IMG/VR virus record: IMGVR_UViG_3300011335_000322
Location: 1 to 62,839 of that record
Source of the DNA: a virus
Taxonomy: Duplodnaviria > Caudoviricetes
Length of the DNA: 62,839 nucleotides
Strand: one strand, 5' to 3'
In this document: in pieces, positions 8,806 to 17,615 of the stretch
Position numbering within the stretch: position 1 is the first letter of the stretch
Layout of the letters: each line of letters opens with the position of its first letter
Translations under genes and position numbers: made by a program
The notes under the pieces: model-generated
What the model was told of the DNA's origin: nothing
Seen by the model: only the letters and a program-made list of their open reading frames with translations
Databases searched by the model: none

Positions 8806-9588
8806 ATGGTTGAATCTTACGCAGCGCTGACGCCAAAAGCGTTAGCAAACCACCTTGCCAAGCGCAAGGTTCCGCTTGTTATGGTGCAAGCCATACAAGA
8901 GCGTGCTGCCCAGCAGCGTGCGTTCAAGCGTTCCGATACGGGAACAAAGCGAACGCATAAGGAACTGTGGGGCAACCTGTTGTTCCCCCTGCGCTACGAG
9001 CGCAACAATGTGAAGTCAGGCCTGAAGTACGCAGGCGATGGCGCAAGGGGTGAGGCAATGCACAGTTATCTCATTGTGTTGGAGGAATTGCTCCATCGGC
9101 TGAACATGCACGCCACAGCCCGTATCCTGACCCCGCGCCAACTGTGCAAGGAGCGCAACGAGTCTGGCCGGGGCGCACACATACCCAATGCAGGAACCCA
9201 TTGGTCTGATTGGATTCCGCAGCATATCAAACTGAGGGTGTGTGTCCTGTTTGACGCTATACCCTATAAACAGCGTGCGAAACGCAAGCTACCTTTCCAG
9301 CGTGCCATACCCCCGCTGCTGTACAGCAGGCTGTACGCAGCCCTTGGCTTACGGACACAGGGGTTCCTGAGCGCGGCACAGCGCAAGCATGCCGTTGCGC
9401 CCACAGAAGAGACAGAAGCTACTGTTGCAGCCATACAACAAGCGCTGGCTGTCCTGAGAGAGTGGCCCCGCAACACAGCCCTGCCCTACGCATGGCAGAG
9501 CCTTGTAGCGACCAGTATCAAACAGGGGGAGAACGGTTCTCCCTCTGCTGAAAGCGGACGACCTCTGCTGAAAGCGGACGACCGCTAA
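8806..9588 (+). CDS. Hypothetical basic protein
   Basis: 260 aa, AAGGAG RBS; 3' end runs through palindrome B and a 20-bp tandem duplication. Confidence 0.75.
   Translation: MVESYAALTPKALANHLAKRKVPLVMVQAIQERAAQQRAFKRSDTGTKRTHKELWGNLLFPLRYERNNVKSGLKYAGDGARGEAMHSYLIVLEELLHRLNMHATARILTPRQLCKERNESGRGAHIPNAGTHWSDWIPQHIKLRVCVLFDAIPYKQRAKRKLPFQRAIPPLLYSRLYAALGLRTQGFLSAAQRKHAVAPTEETEATVAAIQQALAVLREWPRNTALPYAWQSLVATSIKQGENGSPSAESGRPLLKADDR
9523..9546. repeat. Palindrome family B, copy 2 (inverted relative to copy 1)
   Basis: CAGGGGGAGAAC-G-GTTCTCCCTCT. Confidence 0.8.
9542..9583 (+). repeat. 20-bp tandem duplication
   Basis: CCTCTGCTGAAAGCGGACGA twice. Confidence 0.9.
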
Positions 9589-9589
9589 C

Positions 9590-9610
9590 AACGGGGGGGA
9601 AACCCCCCAT
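9590..9610 (+). repeat. Early-region palindrome family A, copy 4
   Basis: AAC-GGGGGG-GAAA-CCCCCC-AT before the AGGAG RBS of 9627. Confidence 0.85.
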
Positions 9611-9626
9611 AACCTAGGAGAGTGAC

Positions 9627-9971
9627 ATGGGACTAGACATTCAGATATTGAGCGTACCTCGGGCAATGGCCTTGAGAGCCACCGATGTGCGGCTTGGCTC
9701 ACGCTACGACAAAAACCCCCGATGGCAGCAAGTGGCCTACGAGCGCAACAACTGGGACTTGCATGCCTTGCTTGCTGCACTCTATGCCGAGCGAGGCGGG
9801 GCACAGGACGAGTTCAACGACACAACTGTGCGCCTGTACAAGCGCGACCTACAACTGTTCCTTCAGACTTTTGAAGGAACTGTGCCTCCTGCCATTAGCC
9901 CATCCACGGCAGCGCAGGTTATCGAACACATGCAAAAAGGGCGAGTTGTGTACGCCGAAGTTAGTTTTTAA
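9627..9971 (+). CDS. Hypothetical phage protein
   Basis: 114 aa starting MGLD, AGGAG RBS. Confidence 0.75.
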   Translation: MGLDIQILSVPRAMALRATDVRLGSRYDKNPRWQQVAYERNNWDLHALLAALYAERGGAQDEFNDTTVRLYKRDLQLFLQTFEGTVPPAISPSTAAQVIEHMQKGRVVYAEVSF

Positions 9972-9984
9972 AAGGAGAAGTGAC

Positions 9985-10191
9985 ATGAAGACAGTATCAA
10001 TTGGCGTATTCAACAAAGAGGATGTGTTCACAGTGGTGTGCACCCTGAACAACAACGATGGACTCGTGCCCCCTGCTGCGTTCGAAGCCATCGTTGAGAA
10101 CACAGCGCTGGCCTTGGCTGTGCATCTGGGACAACGGGAGACGTTTGTCATGGAGCGCCAAGACGCCCCGGACTGCGTAGACGTAGAGTAA
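9985..10191 (+). CDS. Hypothetical protein
   Basis: AAGGAG RBS then ATG 9985 (MKTVSIGVFNKE...). Confidence 0.7.
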   Translation: MKTVSIGVFNKEDVFTVVCTLNNNDGLVPPAAFEAIVENTALALAVHLGQRETFVMERQDAPDCVDVE

Positions 10192-10244
10192 GCATCCGTT
10201 GCCGGTACGGTTTACCGGTGTGTTAGTTATATCAAGGAAACAAA

Positions 10245-11849
10245 ATGAAAATCTACTTAAGTGATTGTGGAAGCGTGCTCAAGGCACAGATTGCGGACGC
10301 CAGCACGCTGGTGCAGGTCACGGGTACGCTGGACGAGGGCTACAGGGAACTGCGGCAATACCTGCCAGAGCCCACGTTCTCCACCCCTGCGTTCACATTA
10401 GAGCAGACCAGCATGCTGAAGAGACGCAGCCCCGATGTGTACGGGCAGTTACTCAACAACATGGTCGATTCGCTCTCAGCGTTCGCAGCACGGCGCATGC
10501 GTGGGCTCTGCCGCCGTTGGGCAGACAGGGAAAACGACCGCTCCCCCACAGCGCACTGTCGCGGGGGCTACTACCAATTGCACGGCAGCGGGGTCCGCCG
10601 GTTCAGGGCAATGAAGGAGATGTGTCGTGAACTCAACGTGCATGTCAAAGCGGCCATCCAAGGTGATGCGTATGAGCTAGTCGAGTTCATCATGGAGAAC
10701 GATGGGAACGACCTGATAGAACGGGTGTTCCCCAAGATAAGCCAGTTCGTTGCCGACCGCTTGGTCTTGGCAGACTGTGGTCACATCACCCGGCCCGATG
10801 ACATGAGAGATGTACACCGCACCTCAAGGAGCATAAGCACGATGTGCGAGCACTGCCGTGGCGAAAATGCGGTGTACTGCGAGGATGCAGAGGCGTACTA
10901 CTTAGAGTCTCGTGCCTACCTCCACAGCGATGACAATTGGTATACGTACGAAGAAGAGCGGGAGGAGGAGGAGGAGACTGCACACAATGGGCACTCCATG
11001 AGCTACTCCGCAGATGTCTTGCGGCATGCCGCTGCCGATGGGAGCATCCACAGTTCCAAGTATGGGGACTTCACGATGGGCATTGAGTTGGAGATGGCCC
11101 CGGGGCGTGCGTCTAGGTACGATGCCATTGAGGATGTGCGGAACCAGCTTGGGCATGACTACTGCATCATCAAGGACGATGGCAGCATCAGCGGGGTGAA
11201 TGGCTTTGAGGTAGTGACTGCACCCCGTGGTCTGAAGGAGCACATCACCCGCTTCAAAGCATGGGATGTTAACAAGTCATATCGGGCTTGGGATGTGGAG
11301 AAGTGCGGCACGCATGTGCACATCGACTCCCGTGCCTTCACTGAGTTGACTCTGGGCAAGTTCATCATGTTCATCAACTCCAACAACAACGCCGACTTCA
11401 TCCGCAATATAGCAGGCAGGCATCCGCTCAAGGACAGCCAAGCACGGGAGTACTGTGCCAATGAGGAGCAGGGCATCTTGGAGAACCCCAAGCAGGCCAT
11501 CCTCGGCAAGACGGCACAGCGCTACTACATGGTGAACCTGAACAACTTGGCTCATGACGAGTCCCGGCGCTTAGGGTTCAAGAGTACGTACACAGAGGGC
11601 AAGTACAACACGATAGAGCTTCGCATCTTCCGCGCCACACTCAAGAAGGAGCGCTTGCTTGCACAGATAGAGTTCACCCATGCCAGTGTGCACTTCTGTC
11701 GCAGTGCGAGTTTCCGCGAACTCAATGGCACAGAGTTCGTGTCATGGCTCAAGACGACCAACAACGCATACCCACACCTGTCCGATTGGTACGGCACACG
11801 CCGCCCCAAGCAGGCTCCTCAATCTCCCGCACTCGCAACAACTGAATAA
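10245..11849 (+). CDS. Putative amidoligase (COOH-NH2 ligase, glutamine synthetase-like fold)
   Basis: GIELE, DGSI, GFEVVTAP, CGTHVHI, RYYMVNL and TIELRIF motifs; N-terminal Cys/His-rich region. Confidence 0.8.
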   Translation: MKIYLSDCGSVLKAQIADASTLVQVTGTLDEGYRELRQYLPEPTFSTPAFTLEQTSMLKRRSPDVYGQLLNNMVDSLSAFAARRMRGLCRRWADRENDRSPTAHCRGGYYQLHGSGVRRFRAMKEMCRELNVHVKAAIQGDAYELVEFIMENDGNDLIERVFPKISQFVADRLVLADCGHITRPDDMRDVHRTSRSISTMCEHCRGENAVYCEDAEAYYLESRAYLHSDDNWYTYEEEREEEEETAHNGHSMSYSADVLRHAAADGSIHSSKYGDFTMGIELEMAPGRASRYDAIEDVRNQLGHDYCIIKDDGSISGVNGFEVVTAPRGLKEHITRFKAWDVNKSYRAWDVEKCGTHVHIDSRAFTELTLGKFIMFINSNNNADFIRNIAGRHPLKDSQAREYCANEEQGILENPKQAILGKTAQRYYMVNLNNLAHDESRRLGFKSTYTEGKYNTIELRIFRATLKKERLLAQIEFTHASVHFCRSASFRELNGTEFVSWLKTTNNAYPHLSDWYGTRRPKQAPQSPALATTE

Positions 11850-11860
11850 GGCTATCAACT

Positions 11861-12895
11861 ATGTGTCTCATCATCACTGGCAAGTCTGCCAAGATTCGCA
11901 GCACCCTGCTCAACACAGCCGGGTTACTCGACACCATCTACACATCCAACCCTGACGGGATTGGGCTGATGTACAGCACCGCCAAGGGACTCAAGACGGT
12001 CAAGGTGTTGCCCAAGTCGGCGGCAGATGCACGCGCCATCATCAACAAGATACCCAAGGATGCCCGGGAGATGGCAATCCACTTCCGCTGGGCGACACAC
12101 GGCAAGACAGACTTGCACAACTGTCACCCGTACGATGTCATACCGGGCTACGTAGCCATGATGCACAACGGCGTGCTGCACACCGGCAACGAGGCTGACA
12201 AGGACAAGTCAGACACATGGCACTTCATCCATGACTACCTGTCAGAGTCGGTGCACATGGCCCCGGAATTGGTGTTCGTTGATGGGTTCCTTGCCATGAT
12301 TGCAGAGTTCATCGGGGACAATCGGTTTGTGTTTATGAATGGCGAGGGGCGCATCAGCCATGTCAACAAGGACTCAGGCATTGAGCACGATGGCATGTGG
12401 TTCAGCAACACCTACGCATGGAACCCCGCACTGCTGATACCCACATACCGAACACGCGCGGTGTCCTCACGCTACCTCGGATCATGGAACGACACAGACG
12501 AGGAAGACTACGGGTACTACAACCGCAGCTTCAACGTGCACAAGCCCCTCTCCGTAGCGCCATCGAAGCCGCTTGTCACTGTGGATGAGATCGCCACGCA
12601 CCTTGAGGCATACGATGTGCCGGGTCTGTGCTATTTGCTAGAGGCGTTCCCCAGCACGACCGTGCACCTGCTGTGCAAGAACTTCAGCCCGAGTCCCACC
12701 TCTGAGGCGTATCGGGGGGAGATCAGCGCACATGAGACGGCTGTGTATGACATGCTGTTGGAGCAGGACATGACGGGGTTGCTGACCTACATAGCGCACT
12801 CTACGTCCTCCGCTGCCACAGTGGCGGAGGTGGTCTGTTACTACCTCAACTGGGAGCGATGTGTGAGCACCCGGCCCAGCATAGCAGCAGCCTGA
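11861..12895 (+). CDS. Class II (Ntn) glutamine amidotransferase
   Basis: N-terminal MC, NPDGIG, HFRWATHG, NCHPY, MHNG, SDT motifs. Confidence 0.9.
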   Translation: MCLIITGKSAKIRSTLLNTAGLLDTIYTSNPDGIGLMYSTAKGLKTVKVLPKSAADARAIINKIPKDAREMAIHFRWATHGKTDLHNCHPYDVIPGYVAMMHNGVLHTGNEADKDKSDTWHFIHDYLSESVHMAPELVFVDGFLAMIAEFIGDNRFVFMNGEGRISHVNKDSGIEHDGMWFSNTYAWNPALLIPTYRTRAVSSRYLGSWNDTDEEDYGYYNRSFNVHKPLSVAPSKPLVTVDEIATHLEAYDVPGLCYLLEAFPSTTVHLLCKNFSPSPTSEAYRGEISAHETAVYDMLLEQDMTGLLTYIAHSTSSAATVAEVVCYYLNWERCVSTRPSIAAA

Positions 12896-12901
12896 CACCA
12901 T

Positions 12902-12924
12902 GCCGGGGGAGACCCCGGCTTTCT
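12902..12924 (+). terminator. Probable terminator
   Basis: GCCGGGG-GAGA-CCCCGGC then TTTCT, after the GATase stop. Confidence 0.6.
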
Positions 12925-12942
12925 ACGAAAGGAAAATAAGTT

Positions 12943-12982
12943 TGTCCAAGGCTTGACAAACAGTTCAGAGATCGGATACGAT
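12943..12982 (+). promoter_or_regulatory. Palindromic operator 2 overlapping a sigma70 promoter
   Basis: TGTC-CAAGGCTT-GACA at 12943-12958; TTGACA (12953-12958), 18-bp spacer, TACGAT (12977-12982). Confidence 0.65.
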
Positions 12983-13008
12983 AAACATCTAACTATTTTG
13001 GAGAAGCA

Positions 13009-13491
13009 ATGAGTACCAATAAAGCACCGTGGACTGAGGTTCTTAAACAGTGGGAACCCACCCCCACTACAACGGTAACACCACCCGTTTTCCCAGTGAC
13101 GAACAACGTCACTCGTGAGACGTTTGAGTGTGTCAAGAAGAACCCCGGGATAACAGCGCCGCAAGTCGTGGCGATGCTGCCCCAACAAAAAGCCAACTCG
13201 GTGAAGTCCCTCTTGACGCAGATGGTCAAGAACGGGCTGTGCCGCAAGCAAGGCTTCGGGTTCTACGCCCTTGTTGACGAGTACCTGCCGTTGAAAAGAG
13301 CGTATGCCAAATACGCAGCGGTAAAGAAGGTCAAGGCAAAGCCCCCTGCCCTTGCCCCCGCCCCCTCAATGGAGCAACAACTCGCCCCAGCAAGGGAGCA
13401 ACGACTTGCTACGGCAAGCAACCTACTGATGTCCCTCAACGTGGTTGAGGCGCGTCTTTTGTACGATGAACTCAAGAAAGTTTTTAACTAA
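13009..13491 (+). CDS. Putative winged-helix DNA-binding protein
   Basis: KKNPGITAPQVVAML...SVKSLLTQMVKNGLC pattern; GGAGAAGCAATG start region. Confidence 0.55.
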   Translation: MSTNKAPWTEVLKQWEPTPTTTVTPPVFPVTNNVTRETFECVKKNPGITAPQVVAMLPQQKANSVKSLLTQMVKNGLCRKQGFGFYALVDEYLPLKRAYAKYAAVKKVKAKPPALAPAPSMEQQLAPAREQRLATASNLLMSLNVVEARLLYDELKKVFN

Positions 13492-13499
13492 GGATTTAT

Positions 13500-14462
13500 A
13501 TGGCACACGAACTAACAACCAATCAGCAAGGGCAAGTCGAGTTTGCCTACCTTGAACAAGACGGCCTGCCTTGGCATGGCCTCGGTCAACCGATGCCCGT
13601 GGGGGCAAGCATTGACGATTGGCGCAGCAAGGCGGGTATGGACTGGCGCATCCAGCGCTCTGAGGTGAGGTTCAACACGAGCCGCACTGAGGAGGTGCTG
13701 GTGAAGATGCCCGAGCAGCATGTGCTGTTCCGCTCTGACAACCATGAGGCGCTTGGGCTGGTGTCCAAGAAGTACCAAGTGGTGCAGCCCAGTGAGGTGA
13801 TTGAGTTCTTCCGGGACATCGCCAAGGCCGGGGGTCTGGAGTTGTCTGCGGCAGGGACGATCTACGGGGGCAAGCGCTTCTGGGCCACAGCCAAGATAGG
13901 CGAGGCAAGTCCGACCAGTATTAGAGACAAGATCAGTGGGTTCCTGCTCATCAGCACCAGCGCTGATGGCTCACTGGCAACCGAGGTGAGGCGCACAACT
14001 GTACGCACGGTGTGCTCCAACACGCTGGCTATGGCGATGGCGGATGCCCATGCGGCTGTGAGAGTCACGCACAAGTCAGTGTTCGACCCGGCAGCAGTGA
14101 AGGAGTTCATGGGACTCAACGAGGCCGCATGGGCGGCGTTCAAGCATCAGGTGGTACGGCTGGCTAACAAGCCTGTCGTCCTTGAAGAGGCAGAGCAGCT
14201 AACCGCCTTCATACTAGGTGGTGGAGAGAAAGTGCAGGCGACAGCAGGGTACAACAAGATACTCGACCTGTTCCAAGGCGAGGCCAAGGGGTCTGGCCTT
14301 GAGGGTGTGCAGGGCACAGCGTGGGGCTACATCAACGCCGTGACTGAGTACGCCGATTGGTTCTCACGGGCACGTAGCCAAGAGAACCGCTTTGTGTCCG
14401 CACAGTGGGGGCCGGGTGCTGACCTCAAGCAGCGTGCACTGGACGCTGTGCTGGCTGTGTAA
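13500..14462 (+). CDS. DUF932-family phage/plasmid protein
   Basis: MAHE..PWHGLG, YQVVQP, TVRTVCSNTL, TAWGYINAVTEY motifs. Confidence 0.85.
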   Translation: MAHELTTNQQGQVEFAYLEQDGLPWHGLGQPMPVGASIDDWRSKAGMDWRIQRSEVRFNTSRTEEVLVKMPEQHVLFRSDNHEALGLVSKKYQVVQPSEVIEFFRDIAKAGGLELSAAGTIYGGKRFWATAKIGEASPTSIRDKISGFLLISTSADGSLATEVRRTTVRTVCSNTLAMAMADAHAAVRVTHKSVFDPAAVKEFMGLNEAAWAAFKHQVVRLANKPVVLEEAEQLTAFILGGGEKVQATAGYNKILDLFQGEAKGSGLEGVQGTAWGYINAVTEYADWFSRARSQENRFVSAQWGPGADLKQRALDAVLAV

Positions 14463-14499
14463 TTAACCGGGGGCTTCGGCCCCCACAACAGGAGAAGCA

Positions 14500-14694
14500 A
14501 TGATTACATTTATAAAGAACTATTTCCGCAGACCCACGCCGCTGGAAATGATCGCCAAGGAATTGGCTGTCGCACACTTGTGCAAGCTAGAAGCTGAGAC
14601 GGCAGTTGACTATGCCGTGAGTGTCGTGCGCTACAACGACACACGCATCAAACGGTTAGAGCAACACATCAACAACCACAAGGAGCAGGTATGA
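14500..14694 (+). CDS. Small hypothetical protein, first of the coupled ORF chain
   Basis: 64 aa; AGGAGAAGCAATG start region. Confidence 0.75.
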   Translation: MITFIKNYFRRPTPLEMIAKELAVAHLCKLEAETAVDYAVSVVRYNDTRIKRLEQHINNHKEQV

Positions 14695-14939
14695 GTGACA
14701 CCAAGGAGATGGTATTGCTGGTCAGTAATCTGCTGGTGCAGCAAGCGATTGAGTCACGGGCAAGAAAGCCCGAGTCAGTGTGGCTCCCTCATTCGTTTGA
14801 GGAGGCAGAAGCCAATGCAAACTTGTTTGCCAAGACACAATTATCGGTCACCGACCCCGAGCGCAAGCGCAACTTGATACGAGCGTACGACCGAGTTAAA
14901 AAATCACGGGAGACATATTCTACGAGGAGTGCAGCATGA
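14691..14939 (+). CDS. Small hypothetical protein
   Basis: 82 aa, ATGA overlap. Confidence 0.7.
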   Translation: MSDTKEMVLLVSNLLVQQAIESRARKPESVWLPHSFEEAEANANLFAKTQLSVTDPERKRNLIRAYDRVKKSRETYSTRSAA

Positions 14940-15106
14940 GAGTTTTGTCTGTTAGTTGGAGTCCAGAACGGGACATTACCAAACTTAAATTTACTGACGA
15001 GTTTTTATCTTCTGGTTGGATCGTAAGAGCAGACGTTTTAAAAAACCTTGTTTACGTAATACAAAAAATGTATGACGAAATTTTAGAGGAAGAACACCAT
15101 GTATGA
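14936..15106 (+). CDS. Small hypothetical protein (56 aa)
   Basis: Below ORF-track cutoff; MRVLSVSWSPERD...EEEHHV; ATGA overlap. Confidence 0.65.
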   Translation: MRVLSVSWSPERDITKLKFTDEFLSSGWIVRADVLKNLVYVIQKMYDEILEEEHHV

Positions 15107-15224
15107 CGATGGCGACTATGGTGGGATTGATGAGTTTATGCACTGGGTGACCGTCATCATTCTCTTTCTGATGACTATTGTTTTTCTCGCAGGAGTTGCG
15201 GGATTCATTTGGGTTTTAATATGA
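15099..15224 (+). CDS. Small single-pass membrane protein (41 aa)
   Basis: MYDDGDYGGIDEFMHWVTVIILFLMTIVFLAGVAGFIWVLI; coupled on both sides. Confidence 0.65.
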   Translation: MYDDGDYGGIDEFMHWVTVIILFLMTIVFLAGVAGFIWVLI

Positions 15225-15517
15225 AATACACACCAGCACCTTGGTATAGCAGAGGGGCGTCAATACGCCCAGCAAAAGGCCCCGGCAGCACAGGAGGGTA
15301 CAAGCCCTTGGCATCGGCGCAGCACGACAAGCGCCTGCCTGACAACCGTCTGGAAAATGCAAGGATGATTGCTGCTGCCCCAGAACTATATGAAGCCCTT
15401 TCATGGCTGATGCGACAAGTACCAGAGCCAAGCCTGAAGGGTGAATACACAACAGGCTATCTTGCTTGCAAAGTTGCATTGCACAAAGCCATAAACGGAG
15501 AAAGGCTAGGAGCATGA
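15221..15517 (+). CDS. Hypothetical phage protein
   Basis: TPAPW...NARMIAAAPELYEAL, a common phage accessory motif. Confidence 0.75.
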   Translation: MKYTPAPWYSRGASIRPAKGPGSTGGYKPLASAQHDKRLPDNRLENARMIAAAPELYEALSWLMRQVPEPSLKGEYTTGYLACKVALHKAINGERLGA

Positions 15518-15753
15518 ACACCGAAGAAGACGAATTTAAGAGGATCGAAGCAGAGGCCAAGCGCCGAGCAGCACAGGAAGACGATGACACACAAACCTAT
15601 ACAAGTGAGAGTGCAGCCTCATACTCTTATCGCTGCGGGTACGAGGCGGGTGCTGCCGCCGAGCGTGAGGCGTGTGCAAAGGTAGCAGATAGATGGCCTG
15701 ACTACGATGTGCAGGGATTGGCTGAAGCTATCAGAGCAAGGGGACAAGCATGA
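15514..15753 (+). CDS. Cassette ORF with EREACA...IRARGQA tail
   Basis: ATGA overlap; tail shared with 18449-18667. Confidence 0.75.
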   Translation: MNTEEDEFKRIEAEAKRRAAQEDDDTQTYTSESAASYSYRCGYEAGAAAEREACAKVADRWPDYDVQGLAEAIRARGQA

Positions 15754-16121
15754 CCTGTAAAGACAAACTTGAAAACAATGGCACTTGCCCTCATCACAAT
15801 CTGCAATGCGGGTGGCCTAAATGCAATGAGCCAGAACAGGAATTTGTCGGTTGCATCCCTAGTCATTGGGTAGATAAGGCAAAGCAGATTGCTAATGGGC
15901 CTATCGCATATCCAGATGCCGAAAGAGCACATCAGGCAATCGCGCTAATTAAGATTCTGTTGAAGTCCACCCCACCACAGCGCACATGGGTGGGGCTGAC
16001 GCAAACACAGGTCAAGCTGCTGTGGGAGGGCGTGCCAGAGGAGGCCATCAAGTCTGGCGATTCTGTGAACTGGATTTTTTACACGCACATCAATGAAGCT
16101 TTGAAGGAGCGGAACACATGA
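15750..16121 (+). CDS. Cassette ORF with WVGLT...LKERNT tail
   Basis: 123 aa, repeat boxes A and B. Confidence 0.75.
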   Translation: MTCKDKLENNGTCPHHNLQCGWPKCNEPEQEFVGCIPSHWVDKAKQIANGPIAYPDAERAHQAIALIKILLKSTPPQRTWVGLTQTQVKLLWEGVPEEAIKSGDSVNWIFYTHINEALKERNT

Positions 16122-16279
16122 AATACGAAGACATAAAAGACTTCTATCAACGCTGTGACGAACACCCCGAACATCAAAGCGGGATAATTAGTAACTCAAT
16201 GATTCAACAGCGGTTACACGAAGAGATTGACGAACTGCGTGAGTACATTGAAGCCAAACTCAAGGAGAAGAATACATGA
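16118..16279 (+). CDS. Cassette ORF (53 aa) ending IEAKLKEKNT
   Basis: Below ORF-track cutoff; MKYEDIKDFYQRCDEH...; ATGA overlaps at both ends. Confidence 0.75.
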   Translation: MKYEDIKDFYQRCDEHPEHQSGIISNSMIQQRLHEEIDELREYIEAKLKEKNT

Positions 16280-16725
16280 AAGAAGAGTGGCTATTTCAAG
16301 GAGCCGTAGTCCCAGTAGACGTTGAAACAACAGCAGCGCTTGTAACTGAAATCAAAAGGTTGATTGACGTTGTTGGCGGTATGGCTTTGGCACAGCCAGA
16401 GCAGCAAGCCGAGCCACCAGAGTGGCCTTTGATTAAGAACATCTTGGACGAGTACGGGTTACAGGCAATTGCTTTTGTTGCGGAGTGGAAAAAAACACAG
16501 CAGCAAGCCGAGCCAATATGCCCCGAATGCAAAGCAGCAGTGCTTTATGAGTGCGTGGCTTGCAGCAGCAACAACTACCCACCCGCAGCACAGCGCCCGT
16601 GGGTAGGGCTGACGGATGATGAGATAAAAGAAATCGTTGGGCCGTATGGAGACACACCCATCAAAGGATACACACGCAAACTGTTTGACCAGATTGAAGC
16701 CAAACTCAAGGAGAAGAACACATGA
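16276..16725 (+). CDS. Cassette ORF with WVGLT...IEAKLKEKNT tail
   Basis: 149 aa; CPEC..CVAC zinc-ribbon-like segment. Confidence 0.75.
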   Translation: MKEEWLFQGAVVPVDVETTAALVTEIKRLIDVVGGMALAQPEQQAEPPEWPLIKNILDEYGLQAIAFVAEWKKTQQQAEPICPECKAAVLYECVACSSNNYPPAAQRPWVGLTDDEIKEIVGPYGDTPIKGYTRKLFDQIEAKLKEKNT

Positions 16726-17615
16726 GATTTTTTACACAAGGTCGTATTGATGGGCTTGATAAAACAACAGAGGCGGGTTTTGCTGAAGCCTTGTTGATTG
16801 CTATGTCCAATTTGAAGAACGAGCAAGGCTTGTTGTTGAATGTCAGGCTGAGTGATGATTTCAATCAACAGATTGACTTTGCAAAACAAATTGCGCGAAT
16901 GATGGTCAAGGAGCAGCCAGAGCAGAAGCCTGTGGCGTGGGGTGTTTTTGATGGCCCAAATTTGCATGACGTGGACTTCACTGAAGAAGAGGCGCATGAA
17001 ATGGTTCGGCTGAAAGGCGATGGGTCAGTAGTAAAGCCCCTCTACACATCCACGCAACCACAAATGCAACCCTGCGCCGGTCGCAACTGCGGTAGCACCA
17101 ACCCCAACCTGCACTCGGCTGAGTGCTTCGAGGACTACGAGAAGTCAACTGGAATGGCACAACCGGTGGCACCAAAGTGTGGGGCAATCATCGAAGTGTT
17201 TGGTAAGGACTGGCGGATTGACTACATGTCGCTTCCAGTAGGCAAACACAAACTCTATACCCAACAGTACACCTACATCGCCCCACTAGCAGAGCAGGAG
17301 TTTGTGGCACACGCTGTCATAGCTGGCGCACTGTTTGACTTCATGGGCTGGTTGACTTCACGCAAGGAACGCCTTGTGCTGTCCTCCGCTGATGAAGCAT
17401 CGCCAGCAGTAGATGCAATCAGGGACTTTGCAAAGATTCGGGGCTTGTCGCTGGATGACGCAAAAGTGCAGGACTGGAACACCACCCCACCACAGTGTAG
17501 GCCGCTAACAGTGCATGAAATCGCAGAGTTTGTAGGTACGAAAGAATATGGGTCAGAACAGCTTAAATGGTTTCGTTTTGGTGAAGCCGCCCATGGCGTA
17601 AAGGAGAACACATGA
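16722..17615 (+). CDS. Mosaic cassette ORF
   Basis: 297 aa; QPEQKPVAW and PLYT linkers, ends VKENT. Confidence 0.75.
   Translation: MRFFTQGRIDGLDKTTEAGFAEALLIAMSNLKNEQGLLLNVRLSDDFNQQIDFAKQIARMMVKEQPEQKPVAWGVFDGPNLHDVDFTEEEAHEMVRLKGDGSVVKPLYTSTQPQMQPCAGRNCGSTNPNLHSAECFEDYEKSTGMAQPVAPKCGAIIEVFGKDWRIDYMSLPVGKHKLYTQQYTYIAPLAEQEFVAHAVIAGALFDFMGWLTSRKERLVLSSADEASPAVDAIRDFAKIRGLSLDDAKVQDWNTTPPQCRPLTVHEIAEFVGTKEYGSEQLKWFRFGEAAHGVKENT

Noticed and set aside
14469-14484. GGGGGC-TTCG-GCCCCC as a terminator
   Set aside because: It is a stable hairpin but lacks a U-tract and sits 6 nt before the next SD; more likely a stability or processing hairpin, so not called.
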